From positions 1 through 50,343 of the IMG/VR virus record IMGVR_UViG_3300049924_000116: DNA of 50,343 bases, one strand, 5' to 3'. Under the pieces are notes generated by a model that saw only the letters and a program-made list of their open reading frames with translations, was not told where the DNA came from and did not search any database. Position 1 is the stretch's first letter. The number at the start of each line of letters is the position of its first letter. This DNA is from a virus. Lineage: Duplodnaviria > Caudoviricetes. This document shows, piece by piece, positions 19,273 through 27,949 of this stretch. The translations under genes and the position numbers were made by a program.

Positions 19273-22200
19273 TCATGATCCTTGTACCGCTAGGAGCTTG
19301 ATAAGTTGTTTGAGAGTGTCCGCCTGGGCCTTGATTCGTCGCTCGACCGCACGACTCTGCTTGAAGAGAATTCCCTTCTCCTGATTAATCCGAGCATCAA
19401 TCCAGACAAAGCGCTTGTCGTAAAGCTTCTCACTGGATTCTAGGATATTCTCCAAGTCCTTCCGGTCACCCCCATCCTCGGCCGGGTTTGCGCCCACTAA
19501 TTCGGTCTTCCGGTTGGTCAGCGTGATTTCCCAACTCGTAAGCAAAGCCAAGGTCACTCCGTTGGCATAAATGTTGGAATCGACACCGGAGGCGCCACGA
19601 ACACTGACTGGACCGGTGCCGGATTGAATGTCCGTAACGGCCACCGTCATTGTGTCGACGTGAGTCAGGAGATTGAAGAGTCCGATGAGGGTCTGCTTGC
19701 TGGCTCCGAAGCTCTTGACGAGTCGATACGTCACCGGATCGCTGGTGGGAAAGGGAGTCTCGACGGTAACTTGCGTCCCGTTGACGGCCGTGATGGCGTA
19801 GAAGCCCTTGTTGGTCCCGTTTCTAATGAAGATGAACGCTGGAAAGTCTGGGAGATTGTCTACATCCGTATCAAGGATTGAAGAAAAACTTGACCCTGAG
19901 GTCAAAGTGGATCCGATAACGGTGCCTGCTTGAGATGCTGGAGTCTGGATGTCGGTCAAGACTAGATCGAAGAATTTCTCCAGCGCTAGCAACTCGCTGG
20001 TGACCAGTGGAGAATCATTGGTCACCAAAACATCCATCAAGGTATTGACTGAACCCGCAAGAGATCCAATTCGACCGTACGTATTAAGCGTCTCGTCAAT
20101 ACGGTACGACTGGCCCGCGATCGGTATCACGGGGTGATCCAGTACCAACGAGACACCATTGACGATGCTAACGATCTGTCGGCGAGCAAGCTGGCTCGGA
20201 AAAACTACCGTGTAACCGGGCTTGAGAGATGTGAAGTTTTGGGTCAAGTCAACCAGAGTGGAGCCTGATGACGAAACGTCGGTAATGGACGTCACCAGAG
20301 CTGTTCCGGTCGTAACCGAGAAGCTGAACTGTGTATCGACGCTGGTGAAGCCGGTCGTCGAAGCAACCGTGATACTATTTGCGGTGACCGTCGAGATGAT
20401 ATACCAGTCGGTGATACCGTTGGCGCCAGAAGTAATCCGTACTAGGTCTCCGATACGAGGCACGGGAGACGAGAAGTTGGTCGGCACTCCACCAGGAGCA
20501 TTGGTGATGATTCGCTTGGTGACATCAAGGTTGCCAGTGCCAACGAAAGGAGCTGTAGTCTCACCAGGAATCTCAGTAATGGCCGTCAATGCCTTCTTGA
20601 GTTCCTCCAGTTCTCCTGGTTGACGGGGAATCGGGATAGAGGTATCGCCGTCATCATCCATCGCTCCACCGAACAATGCAGGGATCTTGTCCGGCTCTGT
20701 CGAGGTCTGCGAGAAAGTGACGTCCATCTGGAGAAAGTCTCCCTTGTTAGGCTCAACGACTTCCAGGCCGGGGAGGGTTCCGTCGAATGGCGGGAAAGGC
20801 TCGACGTAGAGAAGTTGGCCCTCATCGGCATTGAGGGAAAGATCTTTGCCAATTAAGAAGTTCTTCTGGTAGGTTGTGTCCGACGGATCCAGATACATCG
20901 TTGACCCTGCTGGAATCAACGTTCCCAACGGAGCCGTGAGTGTCACCACTCCGCTCGCGTACGTGCTGATCGTCTTGGAGAATGCCAGTATAGTTCCGGT
21001 TGCGCTGATGAATGCAACCTTCATCGCCGCCCCGAACTCAGGCGCGATGCCGTCCGTACCACCGTTGGAGTCCGTGACGTTGAAGGTCGACTGACTCGGC
21101 TGGATATCCTGAGCCACCAACGCGCGAGGAATGCGCTTGCGGATGTTGGAAATGCTCGTGATCTTCTTGACCCCGATGTCTAGGATTGGATTGCCGGTCT
21201 TAGCTCCAGTGTCCTTTCCATTGACACAGACGTTGTACTTGTTCCGGCGCGTCGGGTAAAACCGGCTCCACACTCCAGGCAAATAGGCTGGCTGATCAGT
21301 ATTGGAAAAGTTAATTGTCAGCGGAGGGAACGTGAATGTGTAGGGGAAGTTCGAAACTCGGATGACGTCGTCGATGTGGTTAGTCGAATCCAAGAGAGGC
21401 GGATCCTCGGGAGTTGACGGAATAATCAGATTGGAATCCCCATCGAACTCAAAACGACCATCCTTGTCTCCAATCAGACGACCATCCATGCTTCCCAGAC
21501 AATCATCAAGAAAATCCGTGATCTCGTGATAGAACTTGAGCGATAACCGCGCGACGTAATCCTCATTGAAGAGGCGGATCTCTTCATAGTGAACCGACTC
21601 CCGACCTTGCTCGTAGAGCTTCGGTGCCCCGCCTCCATTGCTGGTTCGTGGACCTCCACCAGGAGAATTGGACTGAGCCTCTGACCGATACTTGGCCTCC
21701 AGCTCAGCCTTGAAGTTGCCAAGAGTCTCCACGCGGAAGTAAAACGAGTCTGGACTATAGAGGCTGTAGTCGGCCGTCAGGGTTTGATTGGCAATACCAT
21801 TTGAGCTATTGGGCGCGATGTCATGAGTATACGAGACGCGAACCCGAGGGCCCGCTGCTTGGATGCGGTAGCCAGTATACGAAACGCCAATCTCCTCTAG
21901 TGGGAGGAGTGCCGAGGTAAGGGTGATCTTACCGGCATCGTCAACTGTGTAGTCCGTCGGAGAGGCCAGCACACGACCGGCTGCTCCCATAGAGCGGCGG
22001 TAGACCAGGAAGGGTTGTGTCAATACCGGAGTTCGGACAGTCTGTACTTCCTTCGGTGCCGATTCAAAGATAGGGCGAATCGACCTACGAAGCATCCAGA
22101 GGCTGTTCTGGTACTCCTTGACAGTACTTGTCGAGAGGGTGACTTCGGTCTGTCCAGTGTCGGGCTTGTACTCCGAACCCAACGCGTAGTAGAAATCAAA

Positions 22201-25191
22201 GTTCCCACCGCTGACCAACTGCACAATGGTTCCAGTCCGGTAATTGCCGGTCACATTTCCAGTCAACTTAATCTTGGTTGCCCCACGAGGAAGAGTCTCG
22301 TAGACGCCAATCTCGTTGACGAAGTAGTCTACGATATTGACCGGGCCACTTGACAGTGCCAATTTCGGATTCGAGACCGTCTGCTTGAACTCCTGCCCAC
22401 CCGACAACGTGATGGTCGTACGGTTGTCGCCAGGGATGTATGTCGAGCTGGCAATGTGGTAGACTTCTTCATTCTCGATGCGAATGAAGTAGCCTGGTAG
22501 CAGTGTGGCTGTTTGATCGCCACCTGCGTAGAAGAGGTATTCGTGAGTGATCGAGTCCTCTACGATGCTCGGCCGGAAGTAGGTCATCGGAGGCTGGAGA
22601 GCAGAGGTGGTGTTCTCACCACCCATGGCCTCGTAGATGAAGTAATCTACATAGATGTTCTCCATGGGAGCGATAACCGCTCCGTGCGGGAGAGCATCCG
22701 TGAGCAGCGCATCCGCCAGGAACGTGACCGTCGACGTCGCCGCATTGACGACACACTGGACTCCGAGAGTCTGCGGTCGACCACCACGGAACACCGAGGG
22801 GTTCGGGTTAGTAGCAACCGTTCGCCCATTGGGGTTGAAAGTCAACGAACTGACGGGAGCCGGATGCGGTGCAGTGCGTTCCTTCCGAACCAAGAAGGTC
22901 GCACGCTCGGTGACCGGCACGGAGCCGTCAGCGGCAGGCTTGTAGCTCAGTTGTGCTTCATCGAAGGCGAGAAGGCGCTCTTGGAACTGCACAAGACCAT
23001 TGACAGGGTCGATTTTGTAGTCGACTCGATCTCGGAGCTTGATAACCGAAAAGATATCAACTCCGGAGGTGACTGCAAGCTGACTGAGGTTGATATTCCC
23101 CGTGTCAAGACTAATCTCCGCCGCGTACTGCGCCAAGCTGCTCGGAGTCGAAAAAGACGAGTCGAGGTTGACATAGGTGATCGACGTCGAGAATTGGGTT
23201 GATCCGAAGCGGAGACGAGTCTGGCTGGCGATGCCCTTGTTGACCGCGAGGCGAGGAGAGTTGCTGGCCGGGCCGAGCTTTCGGATCTTCTCGATGGTCG
23301 TGTTGGGTTCCGATAGGACCACTTCCGAGAAGAAGCGATCGGCGATGACTTCGGCGGGTCGACGAATCTCGTAAGTGAAGTCTGAGGCAGTGAACGGAGG
23401 GCTCACCGTCAATGAAAGACCAACCGTGTTGATCGTGTAGACGCCGTCACTAGGCTCCGAGTAAACCACCAAGAGGTCGTTCGGCAACACACTCGCGAAA
23501 GAGACTGAGCCGTCCGTTACGGTTCCAGCGATGGACTGTCCAGTGGAACTAGACAGCACTTTGGCGGCCTCAGTGGCAACGAAGGATACTGTTCCCGAAT
23601 ACGGTTCAACAATATACTGGGTGTCCTGCTGGAGCGGAGTGTAAGCACTTGTTCCGATACCCGTCTCCAGCTCCACAACCAGATTAGGTAAGTAGACCAT
23701 GGCGTCGGTGGCAACCACCGGCGTGGGCATCGGAGAGGGGCTAGTAGCCGGGATGACCTTGTTGTTGACCCGATTGGCGTAGTAGAATTCCTTCTTCTCG
23801 ATGTCGATGCGGTATCCAAATCCTGTCGGCGGTGAGTTGCCATCCAGGCGAGGAAGAATTCCCGTGAAGGTGCCGGTGCCGGAATCAACGCGGAACGTCA
23901 CCGGATAGCCGGGAGCATCCAACGGGATTGCAGGGAGCATGACCAGCGGGGCGCCGATAATCGGACTCGCCATAACCTGGTCTTCAACCTCATAGATCGA
24001 TGAGACGTCCTTGGAAGTGTCGACGATTCCTTGTAGGTCCACCGGAGTTCGATAGAACCGCATCGAAATCCCACGCTCCAACGGAAGATCGCAGTGAATG
24101 ACCTCTACCGAAAACGCTCCCAGGCTGACACGGTCCGGAAGTGAGAATTGGACCGTTCCATCAGCCTTGTATTCAACAAGACCTTGCTTGCCAGTGGGAT
24201 TGAAATCCGTGACGAAGCTAACAACTTCAAAAGTGCGCACTCCAGGAACTCGGAAGATGAGATCGCCACCCGCCGGAGGCACCGGACTCAGCACTCCGGG
24301 TGCGTTGATGGTTCCGAAGCTAGATTGCCTCGGGAGCGCCATGCCGAACCCGAAGAGGACTCCGTCGTAGAAGACCGACTTGGTCGCGTTGTTGGTTTGG
24401 TCAACTGAATTTAGCTTGACTTTGCCCGTCGACCGAGCCCAACCGACCTGCCCGGAAGTGACCACCAGGGACGAGAGGGCTAGCTCATCAACAACTTCGA
24501 TAGGAGTCAAGTGAAATCCCATCCCCAAACGGAGAAGGGGGAACTGACCTGATCCAGGAATTGGATTGAGGAAAAGGTCTGAGCTGGAGACCATCCCGAG
24601 CTTGGCGGTCGATTCCTTGTCAGTGTAGAATTGTTGCCGTTGGTACCATACTTGTCGACCATTGTAGTCGTCCAAGTCCGTGGTATTCCAATTGAACTCT
24701 CCCGTTGACTTGTTGATCTCAACCGTGCCAGGAGAAGGTGAACCAAAGCTAGTCACGACGGAGAGTACGAACTCATCTCCCGAGCCGACATCACCTACCG
24801 CAATTCGATAGGGAGCCTCAGAGTTACCCGGTGAGCTTGGAACCGCCCCTTTAAGGCGAGTGGAATTAGAGTTCGTCGAGATGTCATTCGACAGTCGACC
24901 CAATAGTTCACGTGCATTGCCACGCAGCGGGCGGAAGTGACCATCAAGTCCGACATAGTCAAACCGTTGAATGGTCTCATTCTTGGTCCACCCGAACGTG
25001 GCATCCGGCAAGTCACCATCAGTCTGTACGAGGATGAGATAATCCGTGCGAGGAACTAACTCGTCCGAGGTATAATGCGATAAATACGCAGACTGATCAG
25101 TGACGATGTTGGTTGGCGTGGGCGTGAAAGGAGAGTTGCTAGTGCCTACGCGCACCGGCTCAACAACGTAACCTTTGATCGAAAATGCCAT
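19273..25191 (-). CDS. Very large baseplate or tail-associated structural protein, 1972 aa
   Basis: GAGG RBS. Repeated DY-x-(V/I)D-x2-3-G-x-(V/I) beta modules and G-x-Y-x-I barrels, with a helical C-terminus. Lies between the spike and wedge genes. Confidence 0.7.
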   Translation of the reverse strand: MAFSIKGYVVEPVRVGTSNSPFTPTPTNIVTDQSAYLSHYTSDELVPRTDYLILVQTDGDLPDATFGWTKNETIQRFDYVGLDGHFRPLRGNARELLGRLSNDISTNSNSTRLKGAVPSSPGNSEAPYRIAVGDVGSGDEFVLSVVTSFGSPSPGTVEINKSTGEFNWNTTDLDDYNGRQVWYQRQQFYTDKESTAKLGMVSSSDLFLNPIPGSGQFPLLRLGMGFHLTPIEVVDELALSSLVVTSGQVGWARSTGKVKLNSVDQTNNATKSVFYDGVLFGFGMALPRQSSFGTINAPGVLSPVPPAGGDLIFRVPGVRTFEVVSFVTDFNPTGKQGLVEYKADGTVQFSLPDRVSLGAFSVEVIHCDLPLERGISMRFYRTPVDLQGIVDTSKDVSSIYEVEDQVMASPIIGAPLVMLPAIPLDAPGYPVTFRVDSGTGTFTGILPRLDGNSPPTGFGYRIDIEKKEFYYANRVNNKVIPATSPSPMPTPVVATDAMVYLPNLVVELETGIGTSAYTPLQQDTQYIVEPYSGTVSFVATEAAKVLSSSTGQSIAGTVTDGSVSFASVLPNDLLVVYSEPSDGVYTINTVGLSLTVSPPFTASDFTYEIRRPAEVIADRFFSEVVLSEPNTTIEKIRKLGPASNSPRLAVNKGIASQTRLRFGSTQFSTSITYVNLDSSFSTPSSLAQYAAEISLDTGNINLSQLAVTSGVDIFSVIKLRDRVDYKIDPVNGLVQFQERLLAFDEAQLSYKPAADGSVPVTERATFLVRKERTAPHPAPVSSLTFNPNGRTVATNPNPSVFRGGRPQTLGVQCVVNAATSTVTFLADALLTDALPHGAVIAPMENIYVDYFIYEAMGGENTTSALQPPMTYFRPSIVEDSITHEYLFYAGGDQTATLLPGYFIRIENEEVYHIASSTYIPGDNRTTITLSGGQEFKQTVSNPKLALSSGPVNIVDYFVNEIGVYETLPRGATKIKLTGNVTGNYRTGTIVQLVSGGNFDFYYALGSEYKPDTGQTEVTLSTSTVKEYQNSLWMLRRSIRPIFESAPKEVQTVRTPVLTQPFLVYRRSMGAAGRVLASPTDYTVDDAGKITLTSALLPLEEIGVSYTGYRIQAAGPRVRVSYTHDIAPNSSNGIANQTLTADYSLYSPDSFYFRVETLGNFKAELEAKYRSEAQSNSPGGGPRTSNGGGAPKLYEQGRESVHYEEIRLFNEDYVARLSLKFYHEITDFLDDCLGSMDGRLIGDKDGRFEFDGDSNLIIPSTPEDPPLLDSTNHIDDVIRVSNFPYTFTFPPLTINFSNTDQPAYLPGVWSRFYPTRRNKYNVCVNGKDTGAKTGNPILDIGVKKITSISNIRKRIPRALVAQDIQPSQSTFNVTDSNGGTDGIAPEFGAAMKVAFISATGTILAFSKTISTYASGVVTLTAPLGTLIPAGSTMYLDPSDTTYQKNFLIGKDLSLNADEGQLLYVEPFPPFDGTLPGLEVVEPNKGDFLQMDVTFSQTSTEPDKIPALFGGAMDDDGDTSIPIPRQPGELEELKKALTAITEIPGETTAPFVGTGNLDVTKRIITNAPGGVPTNFSSPVPRIGDLVRITSGANGITDWYIISTVTANSITVASTTGFTSVDTQFSFSVTTGTALVTSITDVSSSGSTLVDLTQNFTSLKPGYTVVFPSQLARRQIVSIVNGVSLVLDHPVIPIAGQSYRIDETLNTYGRIGSLAGSVNTLMDVLVTNDSPLVTSELLALEKFFDLVLTDIQTPASQAGTVIGSTLTSGSSFSSILDTDVDNLPDFPAFIFIRNGTNKGFYAITAVNGTQVTVETPFPTSDPVTYRLVKSFGASKQTLIGLFNLLTHVDTMTVAVTDIQSGTGPVSVRGASGVDSNIYANGVTLALLTSWEITLTNRKTELVGANPAEDGGDRKDLENILESSEKLYDKRFVWIDARINQEKGILFKQSRAVERRIKAQADTLKQLIKLLAVQGS

Positions 25192-25213
25192 CTAAATTCC
25201 TCATCCTCGAAGG

Positions 25214-25783
25214 TCAAGTGACCTTTCCGATACCTGCCCCACCGCTCGGTATAATGCTTGGAGGTCCGGTGACGACAATCGGGAACACCAAGGAGCCAAA
25301 CACTTGCGTGAAAGCAGTCGTAACGGCAGTAGCAATCTGTACGGCCGAAATTCCAACGCATCCCGCGGATGTAAGCCCAGCTTGTATGAACGGAAAAGCG
25401 GGAGTAGGAACCAACTTCGATGTCCCTCCTCCGAGCCCAATCCCCACGTTAGCGGTGACAACAAGGCCTTGGGTGAAACCGAGACTGAACCCTTGCGCCA
25501 ATCCAATTGCCGTCGGGGCGGACATAATGCCGTTGATTCCCGACGACGTGAACCCTGCGATAAGGGCTGGTATCAAAACGGTTGGTGGGACGATAAATGG
25601 GCCAATCCCGACACCCGAACCCAATGTTCCGACGTCTACCGAGACAACTGGACAAACTTGCAACCACTGGAAGGTACCAATAGCTAAACCAAGAGCAAGT
25701 TGAGAGGAGCCGATGCCAATATCCCCCACTCCGGCAAGACCAGCCAAAAGAGTAGCAGCTAAGCCAGGAACCGTGATAGGCAT
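25214..25783 (-). CDS. Hydrophobic Gly/Ala-rich three-repeat protein, candidate spike tip or cap, 189 aa
   Basis: Likely start is the ATG at 25783, which overlaps the spike stop (TGATG). Only 4 charged residues; three internal repeats. Confidence 0.7.
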   Translation of the reverse strand: MPITVPGLAATLLAGLAGVGDIGIGSSQLALGLAIGTFQWLQVCPVVSVDVGTLGSGVGIGPFIVPPTVLIPALIAGFTSSGINGIMSAPTAIGLAQGFSLGFTQGLVVTANVGIGLGGGTSKLVPTPAFPFIQAGLTSAGCVGISAVQIATAVTTAFTQVFGSLVFPIVVTGPPSIIPSGGAGIGKVT

Positions 25784-27936
25784 CAAATCGATCTCACCGA
25801 CGCGCCACCCATAAGAGGGAGCCCTGTTACCCAATCAAGAGAAGGACTTCCAGGGGGCATAATTGGTATTCCTCGGCAAACTCCAAGTGGAGCCACGGAT
25901 GCTCCTAGAAGAACTTGAGGAGCAGTCAAACTGATCGCGATACCGGCCGTTATATTACAGGCAAGCCCAGCCGTGATCGCTACCGCTCCTGCTCCGGCGG
26001 AAATCGACATCGCTCCAGCTCCCGTGGAAAGAGACACCGCTCCGGCACCCGTAGTGACCGAGATGGCTCCGGTTCCGACGGTGACTGAAAAGGCACCTGC
26101 CGGACAGGCAAACGACATCGCTCCAGCGAGCACGTTCTGCACGTAAGCACCCGAGAGAATGTTACCGACATATCCACCGGCCAAGATGGTGGATAACTTG
26201 CCCCCAAGAGCAATGGTCTCCATCACCTGCATGGCGTAATTCATCTGGCTCTTGCCTGAGACCAAGGTGTTGAATTCACCGTAGTTACCCGAAAAGCCAC
26301 CAAGGGAGTTGATATTCATGCGCGAGCAGTCAACCAAATAACCTCCGTCGATGCGCTTCCGGTACTTGCCGGCGATGATCTTGGTTTGGTTACCGCTAAC
26401 AAACTGTTCCTTGTCGCCCTGGACTTGCTCGCTAAGTGCGATGTCATCGGTATTGGGGACGCCCTTGTAGCTTGACTTGACACCAGAGTGGTAGGCGACC
26501 GTGATAGCATTGCCGTTGCTATCTGACCCAATATCAGCGTGCAACCCACCCTCCAAAGTCACGTTCAACGAAACGCCTGTAGGAGACGCCTTACCGATAC
26601 GGGCCTTGACAGCCCCGTCGAAGTTGGCTTCCACGGAGACATTTTTGGCGTCCGGGAGATCCTCATCCTTGGAGCCAGGAACATTGAGAAAGAGCTTGCC
26701 TTCCTTGTTAACCGCAACGGCGAAGCTGGTATCCTCAACTGCCTTCGGGGGGCGGATACGGAAGACGTAAGCAGCCGTCTTGGTGTTGGCTTCGTCCTTT
26801 GGCGGGTCGCGCTCAACCTGCTCCAGTCGGAAAGATCGGGGGCGACCACGCTGGTTGAAGCCGTCGAAAATCCGTGGCTTCATAAGCCTAGCGTAGTTCT
26901 CTGGGTCGTTGAACGCATCGTTACCGACGTAAGTGCCCAAGACCTGCTCGATGAAGACTGCCGGTCTAGTCATCGAGAAGCCGTCGATCTCACCACGCAC
27001 TTCTTGGACCATGTCGGTCATGTGGCGCAATTCAATTCGTCGTTCCGTGTAAGCCAATCCCGCACCGCCATCCTCGGCATCCTCGAAGTTGGTAGCCGGA
27101 GTGGGGCTGGCGTAGAACGCCGCTCGGCCGGTCCCGAACATCGAGGGCGGGAACTCATTCACATCAATGATGCGGCTGAGCGCGACCCCTTGCGCGTTGG
27201 AGAAGCTTGGGCCATTTGGCCGAGGGTGCGTCTTCTGGAGGAAGGGTAACCCGTAGTAGTTCTCCTTCTCGGTCTTGAATGTCTTCCCATCTTCCTTGAA
27301 GACCTCAATGGGAAGGTTCATGTCTCCGCGTCGAACCGCGCCTGAATAGAGATAGGTCGCCGAATCACTCTCGACTCTATGGAGCGCTTGACTGACAAGA
27401 GTCCGGTCGGAATCCCGCAACTCGATAAAATCACCCGCCCTGTTGGTGATCCGGACATCCTTGGAGAGAACGAACTCCGAGCCAGCGGCCGACATACCTC
27501 CGACGTCGCCGGGCTTCATCTGAAGACTCTTGTAACGCTGCGTTGCCCCGTAGAGGCTGAGCACATCTTCCGCTTCCTCGGAAGAAATATCGCTAGGATT
27601 GACCGCCGAGAAGGGGTCAAACCGCATACCACTCTTGAGACCAGTTGGCAAGTAGCCAAGAATCATCGCTTCGGTGAGCTGCTTGTGGCGGCGACGGAAG
27701 CCTAGAATGACCATGCTGTTGACTTCCGGAACACCACCCCAGAAGCTTCGTGGCCCTGCCATTCCTTGCGTCAGGCTGATCTCTAGCTGCTCCGTGCCGC
27801 CCGTGATGACATGGATGTCTGCCTTCATGTGGTGGTCATCCACACGAGTAATAATGCCCACCTTGAGGCTCATCTCTTGATGAGACCCGTTGGCGAACTC
27901 CTTGTCGGGTACTTTGCCGAAGTCGCTGCTACTCAT
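25783..27936 (-). CDS. Central baseplate spike (T4 gp5 / gpV / VgrG-C-like), 717 aa
   Basis: N-terminal OB-fold-like segment (VGIITRVD...GGVPEVNSMVILGF...ILGYL) and C-terminal beta-helix repeats (VQGDKEQFVSGNQTKIIAG; GAFSVTVGTGAISVTTGAG). Follows the hub gene. Confidence 0.8.
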   Translation of the reverse strand: MSSSDFGKVPDKEFANGSHQEMSLKVGIITRVDDHHMKADIHVITGGTEQLEISLTQGMAGPRSFWGGVPEVNSMVILGFRRRHKQLTEAMILGYLPTGLKSGMRFDPFSAVNPSDISSEEAEDVLSLYGATQRYKSLQMKPGDVGGMSAAGSEFVLSKDVRITNRAGDFIELRDSDRTLVSQALHRVESDSATYLYSGAVRRGDMNLPIEVFKEDGKTFKTEKENYYGLPFLQKTHPRPNGPSFSNAQGVALSRIIDVNEFPPSMFGTGRAAFYASPTPATNFEDAEDGGAGLAYTERRIELRHMTDMVQEVRGEIDGFSMTRPAVFIEQVLGTYVGNDAFNDPENYARLMKPRIFDGFNQRGRPRSFRLEQVERDPPKDEANTKTAAYVFRIRPPKAVEDTSFAVAVNKEGKLFLNVPGSKDEDLPDAKNVSVEANFDGAVKARIGKASPTGVSLNVTLEGGLHADIGSDSNGNAITVAYHSGVKSSYKGVPNTDDIALSEQVQGDKEQFVSGNQTKIIAGKYRKRIDGGYLVDCSRMNINSLGGFSGNYGEFNTLVSGKSQMNYAMQVMETIALGGKLSTILAGGYVGNILSGAYVQNVLAGAMSFACPAGAFSVTVGTGAISVTTGAGAVSLSTGAGAMSISAGAGAVAITAGLACNITAGIAISLTAPQVLLGASVAPLGVCRGIPIMPPGSPSLDWVTGLPLMGGASVRSI

Positions 27937-27949
27937 ACTGACTTACCTA

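Noticed and set aside
25784-25834. ORF-track N-terminal extensions (25834 here; also 16943 and 39784)
   Set aside because: Downstream starts have better RBS spacing or stop-start overlap (25783, 16886, 39766).
25972-26180. Imperfect 27-bp periodic DNA repeats
   Set aside because: Explained by the spike's 9-residue beta-helix codons; not a CRISPR or other non-coding array.
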